From a virus, in IMG/VR virus record IMGVR_UViG_3300028840_003271, positions 106,005-170,004 of that record: a DNA stretch of 64,000 bases. One strand, given 5' to 3'. Below, in pieces: positions 39,965-49,275 of the stretch. The position numbers and the translations under genes are program-made. Below the pieces are notes generated by a model. The model was not told where the DNA came from. It did no database searches and saw nothing but the letters and a program-made list of their open reading frames with translations. Position 1 is the stretch's first letter, and each line of letters starts with the position of its first letter.

Positions 39965-40173
39965 TAATCATATTCCCAAAATTCATATGTAATTTTGTTC
40001 TTTTTTTGTTTTTTTTGTTTTCTTTGTTTTTTTTGTTCTCTTTGTTTTCTTTGTTGGTGTTTTTGTATTGCTAAATATAGTTCTTCATCACAAGTACAAT
40101 GATACATCATTTCTCCACACATATCACAAATTTGATTAAATCTATCTTCATGTTCTTCTGAAATATCACCCAT
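39964..40173 (-). CDS. small Cys/Lys-rich hypothetical protein
   Basis: CDMCG..CTC; stop overlaps the dnaE-C start. Confidence 0.55.
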   Translation of the reverse strand: MGDISEEHEDRFNQICDMCGEMMYHCTCDEELYLAIQKHQQRKQREQKKQRKQKKQKKNKITYEFWEYD

Positions 40174-40198
40174 TATTTTTACTCTCTATAAATACTTT

Positions 40199-40435
40199 CT
40201 ATTTAATAATACATATTACAAACTTATCGGTGTCTAGAAATTTTTTACGCATATGTTCTTTATTGATTTTGTAATATATCCATCCTTTTTTATGCATAAC
40301 TTGTCGAACTAATTTTTGTAAAATTGTATTCATTACATATTCTAATTCATCTTCTGTAAAGAAATTTTGTATGTTTGAAATTAAATTTTGTACACAATTA
40401 TCATTAATATGTTTTATTTTTGAATTAAGATTCAT
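40199..40435 (-). CDS. hypothetical protein
   Basis: 78 aa; weakly similar to the neighbouring ORF (LEYVMNTIL..YYKIN vs LNYVITQII..YYKIN). Confidence 0.5.
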   Translation of the reverse strand: MNLNSKIKHINDNCVQNLISNIQNFFTEDELEYVMNTILQKLVRQVMHKKGWIYYKINKEHMRKKFLDTDKFVICIIK

Positions 40436-40715
40436 AATATCTCAGGTCTCCATTTTTTTCTATTGCTTTATTCTCATAAGGTCCAGCAAGACGACGATAA
40501 AATTCTTGTTTGACACACTCCAATATTCCCATTACACGATTTATTTTGTAGTATCTCCATTTTCCATACGACAACATTGTTTTATTAATAATTTGAGTAA
40601 TGACATAATTTAATATTCCTTCAATTTCATTTTCATTAAAAGACATTAATTGTCCTACTAAATCATCAATTTCGTCGTCAATTAATTTTCTATCTTCTGA
40701 TTTAATGTATGGCAT
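40425..40715 (-). CDS. conserved phage hypothetical protein (MPYIK...LNY...EFYRR...PYE..AI..NGD type)
   Basis: Recognisable motif pattern common in phage nucleotide-metabolism regions. Confidence 0.7.
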   Translation of the reverse strand: MPYIKSEDRKLIDDEIDDLVGQLMSFNENEIEGILNYVITQIINKTMLSYGKWRYYKINRVMGILECVKQEFYRRLAGPYENKAIEKNGDLRYYES

Positions 40716-41032
40716 TATCTTGGCATTTCTGTTATTAAATGTTCAGGAACTTCAAAAGTAAAATCCGATATTGTATCTTCTGCTTCATTATATATATTTA
40801 ATTGGTCATCACTAAAATATAAACTTTTAAGTTGATAAGGTTCTAAAACAGAAACAACACCTGCTGGACACTTACCCATATAATTACATAAGTCCCATTG
40901 TAGAATTTTTAGAAATGGTGGTGTACCTAAAATAACAACAATATATTTGTAATTTCTATCCCAAGAATGTAATCTTGCTAAATATATTCCTGGTTCTGTT
41001 GGAGTGTTTTGTGAAATATCATCATTAACCAT
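40715..41032 (-). CDS. hypothetical protein
   Basis: 105 aa, AAGGAG RBS. Confidence 0.6.
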   Translation of the reverse strand: MVNDDISQNTPTEPGIYLARLHSWDRNYKYIVVILGTPPFLKILQWDLCNYMGKCPAGVVSVLEPYQLKSLYFSDDQLNIYNEAEDTISDFTFEVPEHLITEMPR

Positions 41033-41054
41033 TATATTCTCCTTTTCTTATATA

Positions 41055-41348
41055 TTAATACCATGTGCCGTATCTATAAAATCGTGGATAGTAACCGTAA
41101 CTATAACCATAACCACGTCCATAATTACCATAATGATAGTGGTGAAAATAATAGGTTCGGTTTACTGGTGGTGAATAACTATACCAAGGTCCAGGAAATC
41201 CAAATGTTCCATGGTTGGAATAGCGATAACTTGCTCGTGGTACGCTTTGTACTGGAGGCTGTGGAAGATAAATTTGAGCAAAAATTGGTGAGGAAAAAAA
41301 TAGTGTCAAAAATAGTGTGAAAATTAAAGTTTTCATGATTACTCCCAT
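41055..41348 (-). CDS. small secreted Tyr/Gly/Pro-rich protein
   Basis: Signal-peptide-like MKTLIFTLFLTLFFSSPIFA-Q followed by a low-complexity Y/G/P/R region. Confidence 0.6.
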   Translation of the reverse strand: MGVIMKTLIFTLFLTLFFSSPIFAQIYLPQPPVQSVPRASYRYSNHGTFGFPGPWYSYSPPVNRTYYFHHYHYGNYGRGYGYSYGYYPRFYRYGTWY

Positions 41349-41677
41349 TCAAGTAGTGTTATAGGTGATTCGTCAGTTACATTTAATCGTTCTTTAAATA
41401 CTTTTTTAACCTCGGATATAGAATTAAAGCCTGATTTTTGAGCATTTAGGTCTGTTAATTTTCCCATTTTTGTGTGTGTAACTTTGATGAGTTGTCGTAT
41501 GATACACCAGTTTAGTCTATTACAACCCAAAAGGATGTTTGTGTTTTCACGAAACGCAACATGGTTTTTAATGATAGCACAATTAGAAATATCATATAGT
41601 ATTTTTTCTCGTAAAGAATTTCCTGCAACAAGTAATGCTTGTAATGGCTGTTGTACTTCTTCATAAAAAGCAATCAT
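41339..41677 (-). CDS. ASCH-like domain protein
   Basis: C-terminal 'LTDLNAQKSGFNSISEVKKVF...ITLLEW' resembles the ASCH/PUA C-terminal signature. Confidence 0.45.
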   Translation of the reverse strand: MIAFYEEVQQPLQALLVAGNSLREKILYDISNCAIIKNHVAFRENTNILLGCNRLNWCIIRQLIKVTHTKMGKLTDLNAQKSGFNSISEVKKVFKERLNVTDESPITLLEWE

Positions 41678-42378
41678 TATTTATCCTCTTTAAAAGCGTT
41701 TTTAAAAGTGTTTTTTGTTTTTTCTAAAATACGACGATGGAAATCTAAAAAACGAACAATAATTTTTGTGGTGTCTTTAACATCTTTTAGAGCATCGTGT
41801 CCTCCTTCGTTTTTAAGTCCGAGAAAAGGTCGTAAAACATCCATATTATAAGATTTTGGTTCTGATAAATTTTCAAACCAGAAAAAACATAAATGTAGTG
41901 TGTCAATAATATCACGAGGATAAAAAAGTTCCATTTCTCCTTTTTTGTCTACATGTTTGTATTTTTCACACAATCTTTGTAATATGGGAATGTCAAAACG
42001 GATAATATTTGCTCCACACGCTATTGGTGCTGAAAACTTACTTTTATTATTATTGGTTTTCGTGTGATATTTCAATAAATAATTTTTAAAATTATCAAAC
42101 ACATCTTTTTCAGATGGAGCATTTTTCCAAAGTTCTAAAATTTTATCTACAGTTGTTTTACGAATACGAGCGTGCCATTCAATAGTATCTCGGTGTTCAT
42201 CAAGGTAGTTTTGTTCACCAATAGTTGGTGGGCAAATAAAACTTTCAAAAGTGGAATCTGGTATAATTTCAAGTGTTCGTGGATTTACCATCAAAGCAGC
42301 AATTTGGGTTGGATTTGCTATTTTTGGGTCGGACGAATCTGTTTCTAAATCAAACACACATAGTTTATGAAAGTTCAC
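41677..42378 (-). CDS. DEDDh 3'-5' exonuclease (DnaQ/epsilon-like)
   Basis: ExoI 'VFDLETD', ExoII 'NIIRFDIPIL', ExoIII 'HDALKDV'; located between the two dnaE halves. Confidence 0.9.
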   Translation of the reverse strand: MNFHKLCVFDLETDSSDPKIANPTQIAALMVNPRTLEIIPDSTFESFICPPTIGEQNYLDEHRDTIEWHARIRKTTVDKILELWKNAPSEKDVFDNFKNYLLKYHTKTNNNKSKFSAPIACGANIIRFDIPILQRLCEKYKHVDKKGEMELFYPRDIIDTLHLCFFWFENLSEPKSYNMDVLRPFLGLKNEGGHDALKDVKDTTKIIVRFLDFHRRILEKTKNTFKNAFKEDK

Positions 42379-42551
42379 TTAAAAGTTCTCCTACCTCGTT
42401 GTTTTTTTATACATTCTTCGTGGGTAAATCCTTCCAACAATAATTTTTTTCTCTCTTCAATTTCTTCGTCAACAGATTTCATTTCTTTACCTATCATTCT
42501 TAAATATTTAAAAGCAGCGTCGGTTGACGGCATTGGATCTGGTCGTGACAT
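42375..42551 (-). CDS. small hypothetical protein (58 aa, below the track cutoff)
   Basis: Manual translation MSRPDPMPSTDAAFKYLRMIG...RRTFK*; fills the gap exactly, with a GTGA overlap onto the exonuclease start. Confidence 0.55.
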   Translation of the reverse strand: MSRPDPMPSTDAAFKYLRMIGKEMKSVDEEIEERKKLLLEGFTHEECIKKQRGRRTFK

Positions 42552-42552
42552 T

Positions 42553-42912
42553 TTATTCTACTTCCCTTCTAATATCGTAAACATAGGTTAAAAGTTTATA
42601 TTGTTTAGCAAGATTAATCATATGGTAGGTTCCTTGACTACCATTCCAAATTGCTAAACAGGCATCTCCTACTTTTGCCATTTCTTCATTACGACGATAA
42701 CCGGCTGATCTGCCATATTTATTCCAATCTGCTGGCATTCTTTTGATTGGAATGTCGTTATTTTTAGCGTAAAGTTCACCTAATTGATCAACCCCACGAG
42801 CAGTTCCGCTAATTATTTGTGTTATTTTTTTATGTAAATCAAATTTAGTTAGTGCTATTAGTAGAATGTTATAATCGGTAATGTCTCGTGAACCCGCTAT
42901 GATTAATTTCAT
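42553..42912 (-). CDS. YspA/SLOG-family protein (DUF2493-like)
   Basis: 'IIAGSR', 'ISGTARGVD.LGE.YA', 'PADWNKYGRSAGYRRNEEMA', 'SQGT.HMI'. Confidence 0.85.
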   Translation of the reverse strand: MKLIIAGSRDITDYNILLIALTKFDLHKKITQIISGTARGVDQLGELYAKNNDIPIKRMPADWNKYGRSAGYRRNEEMAKVGDACLAIWNGSQGTYHMINLAKQYKLLTYVYDIRREVE

Positions 42913-44755
42913 TCTTCAATATCTCCTGTGGCTAAAATACTTGAAATCCCCATAAGTTTACTTAAAAGAGACAATCCTAAAATATCCAATTTTAACATTC
43001 CAATTTTTTCCAACTGTTCAAATTCTAAACCAGCAACTTGTTTTTTACTTTTAGTGTCATAGACCATAGGACACATTTCTCTTAAAGGTTTTGGAGCAAT
43101 AACAATGCCGGCAGCGTGTTTACTTTGAGCAGTTTTTGTACCTTCCATACGAATTGCCTGTTCAAATTTACGAGCGAACGGACCCTTAAGTTCACCATCT
43201 TCAATATAACACCAATCTTTTAATTTGTCTGAGCGATTTTCCAGTGCCCATTGAATAATAGATGACTTACCTCTTTCATCTTTCATTTCTTGTAATTCAC
43301 TTGAAATTTTTGCCTCATCTGGAATGTGTTTGGTCATTTCATTCATTTCATAAAACGGAACTCCATATGCTCGTAATACATCTTTAAGTGCTCCTCGACC
43401 TTTCATTGTGGTAAAGGTAATCATTTGAGCAACGTGGTCCTGACCATATTTTTGTGACACATATTCAATTATTTTATCTCTTTTACTTGCTGGTATATCA
43501 ATATCAATATCGGGTAGTGAGCCTTTACGAGCTTCATTATAAAATCGTGTAAATAATAGGTCATATGGTATGGGATCAACTTGTGTAATACTGATTAGAT
43601 ATGATGTCAAACAACCTGCTGCTGATCCTCTAGCTGGACCTGGTAACCATCCATTATTTCTAACATATTTGAGAATATCAGCAACAATAAGAAAGTAACT
43701 TGAAAGTCCAGCACCTTGTAAAACATTAAGTTCTTCTTTTATTCTATTTGTATATATTTGTTGATTTTCTTTTGGTATATTATTTTGTATTTTTTCTTTC
43801 CAACCGTTTTGACACAATTTTCGTAAATATTCATCTGGTGTTAAATTGTTAGGACAATCATAGGTTGGTAGTTGTGGTGGTTTCAAAATATCAGTATATT
43901 CTTCAATTAGAGACGCTACCTTGTTAGTATTTTCCAATTCTTCTTCTGTGTGACCAAAATTTAACATTTCTTCATATGATGGAATGTAATAATTTGAAGA
44001 GGAGAAAAAGCAACTTAAAATATTATTATTTTTTGCTTCTTCAAGCGTGACCGAACCCAAATTACGACATAAAAGTATACGGTGGTCTATAGCATCTTCT
44101 TTATTACAGTAGTGAGCATCGGGTGTTGCTACAATAGGTATTCCCGTTTTTTGGAATAGTTCACGAACAACAAAAGTCAACGTATCCATTTCTGGAACAT
44201 TTTCTTTATCAAAAAGTTGACTTTCAAGATAAAAATTGTCTCTACCAAAAATTTCCCGGTATTGTTCAATAAGTTTGGTTGTTTTAGAAAGTGAATTATC
44301 GTCGTCTAAAATAGACGTAGCAATTGTTGAACCTAAATGTCCACTAATACCAATAAGATTACCATCACAATATTCTGCTATCTGTTCTAAATTTAATCGT
44401 GGTTTATAATAAAAATGGTCTGGACTATTTGAATCTGATACGAGTTTTATCAATTGCTTCCAACCTTGGTCGTTTTTTGCTAATATGACTAAATGGTCAA
44501 GCGACCTATTTGAGTCATCTTTAATCTTAGCATCTTTACGACATATATATGCTTCAATGCCCAAAATGGGTTTTACATCTTTCTTTTTTGCTTCTTCTAA
44601 AAACTCTACACAACCGGAAATTGAACCGTGGTCTGTCAAAGCACACGCTTGAATTTGTAATTCTTGGAGTTTTTTGACTATTTGTTTTGGTTGGCTTAAT
44701 CCATCAAGTAGACTGAAAAGTGTGAGTGGCAATGAAGAATTGTATAATTTTTCAT
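42909..44755 (-). CDS. dnaE: DNA polymerase III alpha, N-terminal part (PHP + palm); 5' end frameshifted
   Basis: 'SLLDG', 'ALTDHG', 'KPILGIEAY', 'YYKPR', 'RGSAAG', 'PDIDID', 'HAAGIV', 'KLDILGL'. The natural N-terminus MKNYTILHCHSH (ATG 44755, after AAGGAGG) is in a different frame. Confidence 0.9.
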
Positions 44756-44807
44756 ACCACACCTCCTTTCTTAACTAAAGAAAACATAAATATTTGTAAT
44801 AATGTTT

Positions 44808-45125
44808 TTACTTTATTGTTTTATTACACCAATCACATGAAGTTTCACTATCAAGTCCACCACTAGCATTATGGAACCCAGGATAAAACGTAGTTTCAAA
44901 ATGTGGACATCGTTCTTGAATTGCTTTTAGTTTTATTCCTAATTGTTTTAATTTTTCGTTGTAACGATATAGTTCAGCCCACACATTATCATTATATTTT
45001 TTCATTTCTTGTTTAATAAGTTTTTCTTTTTCCAAAATATTTGTAATATAAGATGCTAAACCCGTATCTGTTTTATTATTTTCTGTAAATTCTTGAATTA
45101 ACTTTTGTAGTGTTTCAGTTTTCAT
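44808..45125 (-). CDS. hypothetical protein
   Basis: 105 aa; coiled coil plus CPH...CDWC. Confidence 0.55.
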   Translation of the reverse strand: MKTETLQKLIQEFTENNKTDTGLASYITNILEKEKLIKQEMKKYNDNVWAELYRYNEKLKQLGIKLKAIQERCPHFETTFYPGFHNASGGLDSETSCDWCNKTIK

Positions 45126-45316
45126 GACATATAATCTCCCAAAACTTTCAATACTGATGGGTCGAGTTGTTTGATTTTGCTTTTACTTGTTTGAGCAAAT
45201 TCTTTTTTAAACATTTCAAATTCACCCTTGAGAAAAATCCATACAAGGTCGAGTTCGTCTTCTGTAGAATTTCGTAAATGTTTTACAAGTCGTTCAAATT
45301 TTTTCTTTTTAGTCAT
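45122..45316 (-). CDS. hypothetical protein
   Basis: 64 aa, AGGAG RBS, ATGA overlap. Confidence 0.55.
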   Translation of the reverse strand: MTKKKKFERLVKHLRNSTEDELDLVWIFLKGEFEMFKKEFAQTSKSKIKQLDPSVLKVLGDYMS

Positions 45317-45325
45317 GAGTTTCTC

Positions 45326-45463
45326 CTACCAAATTATAATAGTGGCCAGAATAGCACAAAATAAAATTACTAAAAATGTTACATTAACTATTATTACGTC
45401 TGTTACAGTTGGTGATTGACCACCACGAGTCGATTCTAATTCCTGAATTTGTTTTTTGTTCAT
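45326..45463 (-). CDS. small single-pass membrane protein (45 aa)
   Basis: Manual translation MNKKQIQELESTRGGQSPTVTDVIIVNVTFLVILFCAILATIIIW*; ATGA overlap with the upstream stop. Confidence 0.5.
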   Translation of the reverse strand: MNKKQIQELESTRGGQSPTVTDVIIVNVTFLVILFCAILATIIIW

Positions 45464-46023
45464 TTTAAATTTGTTAGAGAATAAAAGGGATTACAAAATT
45501 GAGAAAAATCTTTATCGTAAATACGAACACATAATTTATTTCCAAATTTAGGTTCTTTATAAGAATTGTAAGTATTAAGTATAGTTTGTAATGTAGCAGG
45601 ACTTAATAAACCAAAACGAGTGGTATTATAATTTATGTTGTTAATATCTTTTTTTAGATTTCCAGTATTCCAAAATATCAAAATCCATGCTTTTTGTTCA
45701 ATATATCTTTCTAAATTATAAACCTTAAAAGTCCATATGTTGGTTGGAGAATTTTTCATCTCTATTAGGTATTCTACATCATCAATGGTAATTTTAAAGT
45801 CAGGAGCACAACTACTTTTTTTAACTATTTTACCCGTGTTATCTATTCCATAATCTTCTACTCTAACTGAAAATCCACGACATTCCATTTCAAGTTGAAA
45901 AAGATTAACTAAAAAATTTTCTTTTTGTGTAGATTTAGCAATATCTTTTATAAATTCTTTTTGACTACGATTGTCACGACGATAATTCAAAGACTTATTT
46001 GTTTTTGTCTTTATTTTTGTCAT
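45460..46023 (-). CDS. PD-(D/E)XK nuclease-fold protein
   Basis: 'E...DYGIDNTG...APDFKI...LIEMK'; likely start MTKIK at 46023 (track start 46086). Confidence 0.6.
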   Translation of the reverse strand: MTKIKTKTNKSLNYRRDNRSQKEFIKDIAKSTQKENFLVNLFQLEMECRGFSVRVEDYGIDNTGKIVKKSSCAPDFKITIDDVEYLIEMKNSPTNIWTFKVYNLERYIEQKAWILIFWNTGNLKKDINNINYNTTRFGLLSPATLQTILNTYNSYKEPKFGNKLCVRIYDKDFSQFCNPFYSLTNLK

Positions 46024-46996
46024 ATAAATATTCTTTCTGAACAACATCAACACCCTTACGAGCAAATTCAAAAGAAAGCTGTTCACACTTAGTCATATAT
46101 TTACCGTAATTAGGATGGTCTTCTCGAAACTCAATAATTGGTTTGACACAAGTGTTTTCAAAGGTTGTTTTACCAAAATGACAAAATTTATTACATTTCC
46201 AGCTTTTACTCAATTTTGGTAATTGAGTAGATTGAATTTCTAAAAATCTATTTTTAATCATTTGTTTTGTTGTAGATACATCTTCTGGACCTAAACAAAT
46301 TGTAAATGGACCACCATCATTAATATAAAAGATGGTTACAAGAACATTTTTTATAGAGGGAAAAAGTAAAGTTGTAAGGTAGTGATAAATTCTTAGTTGT
46401 GGGTCTACCTGTAATTTTTCATATGTTTTTTCTTCATTTGTTGTCCAATTCCAACGACGGCCACTTTTCCAATCTACTAGCTCATATGTATTTTCGTTTG
46501 TTTGTATAACCAAGTCAATAATACCACGAAGAGTAAATTCACCCCATTTTTCTTTTACATCAATTTTAATATATTTTTCTGGTTGAACTATTGTAAGATT
46601 ATAAGGATGAAAGCGTCCATTATCAAAATCTAGGGTTTTATGAACCCACAACTTACAATCTTTTAAATCTTTTGGTGACCAAGGATGATAATCTACTACT
46701 TGAGTGGTGTAATGATTATAAACCTGGGTGGTAAGATTATCTAATTCTGTTGAGGATATTGAAAGTGTGTCAGGCACGCTAATTTGCTCACACATTTCAT
46801 CCTCAATAAATTTTTCTCCGTTTTGATAGCCCAACTTAATTTTAGCAAGAATTTCTAATACTTTATGAACAATGCTTCCTTTATCTGCTTTGATATTACT
46901 TGGCGGTTTCCATTTGAGAAGATATTCGAGAAAATATGCTTGTTGGCACATGTCCCACTGGTTGTACATCGACGAGCTTAATTTGTGTATATTCAT
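45995..46996 (-). CDS. PD-(D/E)XK exonuclease (Cas4/RecB/AddB-like)
   Basis: 'LSSS..N.W..C', 'GSIVHKVLE', 'LRGIIDLV', 'LVDWKSG', 'QLRIY', and a C-terminal 'CNKFCHF' Cys cluster. Confidence 0.85.
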   Translation of the reverse strand: MNIHKLSSSMYNQWDMCQQAYFLEYLLKWKPPSNIKADKGSIVHKVLEILAKIKLGYQNGEKFIEDEMCEQISVPDTLSISSTELDNLTTQVYNHYTTQVVDYHPWSPKDLKDCKLWVHKTLDFDNGRFHPYNLTIVQPEKYIKIDVKEKWGEFTLRGIIDLVIQTNENTYELVDWKSGRRWNWTTNEEKTYEKLQVDPQLRIYHYLTTLLFPSIKNVLVTIFYINDGGPFTICLGPEDVSTTKQMIKNRFLEIQSTQLPKLSKSWKCNKFCHFGKTTFENTCVKPIIEFREDHPNYGKYMTKCEQLSFEFARKGVDVVQKEYLYDKNKDKNK

Positions 46997-47820
46997 GAGT
47001 TCGGTGGTAATTCATTCCACGATTGTAGAAGTTTATAAAGTGCTTTATTTTGTTGTTCAATAGTCATGTCTTGATTGTCTAATACAGCATCAAAACCAGT
47101 ATAGTTATCGAGAATAGTTTCACTTTTATGAATATCGGTATATGGACAACGAGTTAGACGAATAACTCTTCCTCCAACCCTTTGCACCCCTTTTACTTCG
47201 TTTGGAAAGCGGCAATCATCAATAATAGCATATGCTGAATTTTCTGTTTCAATTTTGTTCAGTAATGCTTCAACCCAAATATCATCTTTAATTTTACGAA
47301 AAATATCTGTTCCTACATATTGTAATAATTCACGAGCAGTCATTTTAGCATTGTTTTTTGGACGATAAACTCCAACATTTTTTTGAGCGTAATCTTTTCC
47401 AGAAAAATTACAAAGTTGTTCATATATTGCTTTATTTGTAAAAATACCCGGCATATCCTTCCATCGATATGAAGTTTGAGTATTTTTCTCTTCGTCGGTT
47501 CCATAACACTGAGAATAAGATAGACCAAAAATCTTAATACACATTACTTTGAGTAAGTCAGCAAAGCTATAAAGCTTGATAAACGGAAAAACATTTTCTT
47601 CAAGATAAGATACTATGTTATCATTATCTCGACGACGCACATCAAAAACTCCACTAATTTCTTCTTTTCCATCAAGTTTATAAACATCAAGCTGTCCTAA
47701 ATCATCAATTTTGAAATTTTCAATAAGACCAAGTGCTTGCATATACATTCCAAAAAGGTAGTTACAAGCAGTGTTTTTTCCTGAACCCTTTTTACCTGAG
47801 AATGCTAATATTCTTGTCAT
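46993..47820 (-). CDS. deoxynucleoside monophosphate kinase
   Basis: 'SGKKGSGKNT', 'SFAD.LK', 'TARELLQYVGTDIFR', 'IDDCRFPNE', 'HKSE'. Confidence 0.88.
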   Translation of the reverse strand: MTRILAFSGKKGSGKNTACNYLFGMYMQALGLIENFKIDDLGQLDVYKLDGKEEISGVFDVRRRDNDNIVSYLEENVFPFIKLYSFADLLKVMCIKIFGLSYSQCYGTDEEKNTQTSYRWKDMPGIFTNKAIYEQLCNFSGKDYAQKNVGVYRPKNNAKMTARELLQYVGTDIFRKIKDDIWVEALLNKIETENSAYAIIDDCRFPNEVKGVQRVGGRVIRLTRCPYTDIHKSETILDNYTGFDAVLDNQDMTIEQQNKALYKLLQSWNELPPNS

Positions 47821-47833
47821 TTTTTTTTGTTCC

Positions 47834-48103
47834 TTATTTATATTTTGGATTTTTAAGTTCGTAATAAGTTTTATAAAAAGATTTAAGTTCTTTTTGACGT
47901 TTTTCTTCTTGTTTTTTTCTTATTTTTACTTCTTCAGGAGTTTCTTCTCGTTCTCCAATAATAGAAATTCCTGCATAATCATAATGTATATATAGTGTTT
48001 CATATTCTGAATATTTTTCTTTAAGTTGGATAAATTTTCCAATAAGGTTGTCCAAACTATCATTCATATCAAGATGTTCTATTAAAACAATTTTTGTTTT
48101 CAT
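47834..48103 (-). CDS. hypothetical protein
   Basis: 89 aa, ATGA overlap. Confidence 0.55.
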   Translation of the reverse strand: MKTKIVLIEHLDMNDSLDNLIGKFIQLKEKYSEYETLYIHYDYAGISIIGEREETPEEVKIRKKQEEKRQKELKSFYKTYYELKNPKYK

Positions 48104-49275
48104 TTTGTTAATCCTAAATCTGAAATTGCTTGAGTAATATGTGGTAAAAATAAATCATTAATTTCTTTTACAGTCATTTGACCAACATCGTTTTTATTTT
48201 CTGGAAGAAAAAGAGGTAAAATGTTATAGTATTTTTTCCAATTTTCAATAAACGCTTCTTTGCCCTTTTGTCCTCCTTTATCATTGTCTAAGAGTAAAAC
48301 TACGGTAAAAGTACCAGCACTATCCAATAAAACTTGTTGTCCGTTACTCAATGAAGTTCCAAATAATCCCACGCTATTTTTAATTTCTGCTTCTTCTAAT
48401 TTCCAAACATTACCCGGACTTTCTACTACAACAGCAACACCGGTTTGAGAAATATGTTTTTTTGATAACCAATAATTATATAATGAATTTTGTCCATCAA
48501 ATCCATCACTATGTTTCCATTTTGAGTAGAGTTGTGCATATTTTGACGGTGGACAATTTTTACTAATATCGTGCCAGAGTCCACATTTTTCACATTTTGG
48601 AAAAATACTTCTTCCAGTACAACCAATCATATGTTGATAGTTTTCATCATAAATTGGTGTAACCACTCGTTGATACATCTTTTTTTTAGGATTAGTGCAT
48701 AATCCGACATCATATCTATCTAAAATTTGTGAAGAATAACCTCGTTTCAAATAAAATTCTGCCGGAATTGTTAATAATGAACGAATTTGTGAGCGGGTAA
48801 TTTTTCCGTTATGAGAATTGTTTTGTGGTGGAGTATATATTTTTGAAAACTGTGAACGAGAATTTGAATGTGGTCGAGATTGTAATTTAGATAATGGAAT
48901 AGATAAAAATTTGAGTATAAATTCTAATGTTTGTGAAAATGATACTGTTTGGTCTGTTTTATTTTCCCATCCATATTTTTGATGTGATAATATACCACGA
49001 ATTAAACCCAAGATTGTTGGTTGAAAAATTCTTTCACATTGATGAGTATAACACTTCCAATTTCCACGATATGTTTTTCCGTTGTAATACAGATTAAAAG
49101 CACTTGTGTTGTCTCCTCCATGAACCGGACAAGTTCCATAATAGTAAGAATTACTAATAAAAATATCTACTCCTAAATGTTCCAATAGGTCATCAATTTT
49201 ATCCATCGTTCGTTCAGAAAGTAGTTGTAGCTGTTCTGAGTTTAAATAGGGCATTCTAAATCCTTTGGAACACAT
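48100..49275 (-). CDS. DNA primase (CHC2 Zn finger + TOPRIM)
   Basis: 'CPVHGGDN...WKCYTHQC', 'VVTPIYD...GCTGR', TOPRIM 'VVVES...LLLDNDKGG', 'NDVG'. Confidence 0.88.
   Translation of the reverse strand: MCSKGFRMPYLNSEQLQLLSERTMDKIDDLLEHLGVDIFISNSYYYGTCPVHGGDNTSAFNLYYNGKTYRGNWKCYTHQCERIFQPTILGLIRGILSHQKYGWENKTDQTVSFSQTLEFILKFLSIPLSKLQSRPHSNSRSQFSKIYTPPQNNSHNGKITRSQIRSLLTIPAEFYLKRGYSSQILDRYDVGLCTNPKKKMYQRVVTPIYDENYQHMIGCTGRSIFPKCEKCGLWHDISKNCPPSKYAQLYSKWKHSDGFDGQNSLYNYWLSKKHISQTGVAVVVESPGNVWKLEEAEIKNSVGLFGTSLSNGQQVLLDSAGTFTVVLLLDNDKGGQKGKEAFIENWKKYYNILPLFLPENKNDVGQMTVKEINDLFLPHITQAISDLGLTK

Noticed and set aside
45995-46996. Cas4 as part of a CRISPR adaptation module
   Set aside because: No cas1/cas2; it sits among replication genes like ordinary phage Cas4/RecB-like exonucleases, 20 kb from the TnpB-like locus.
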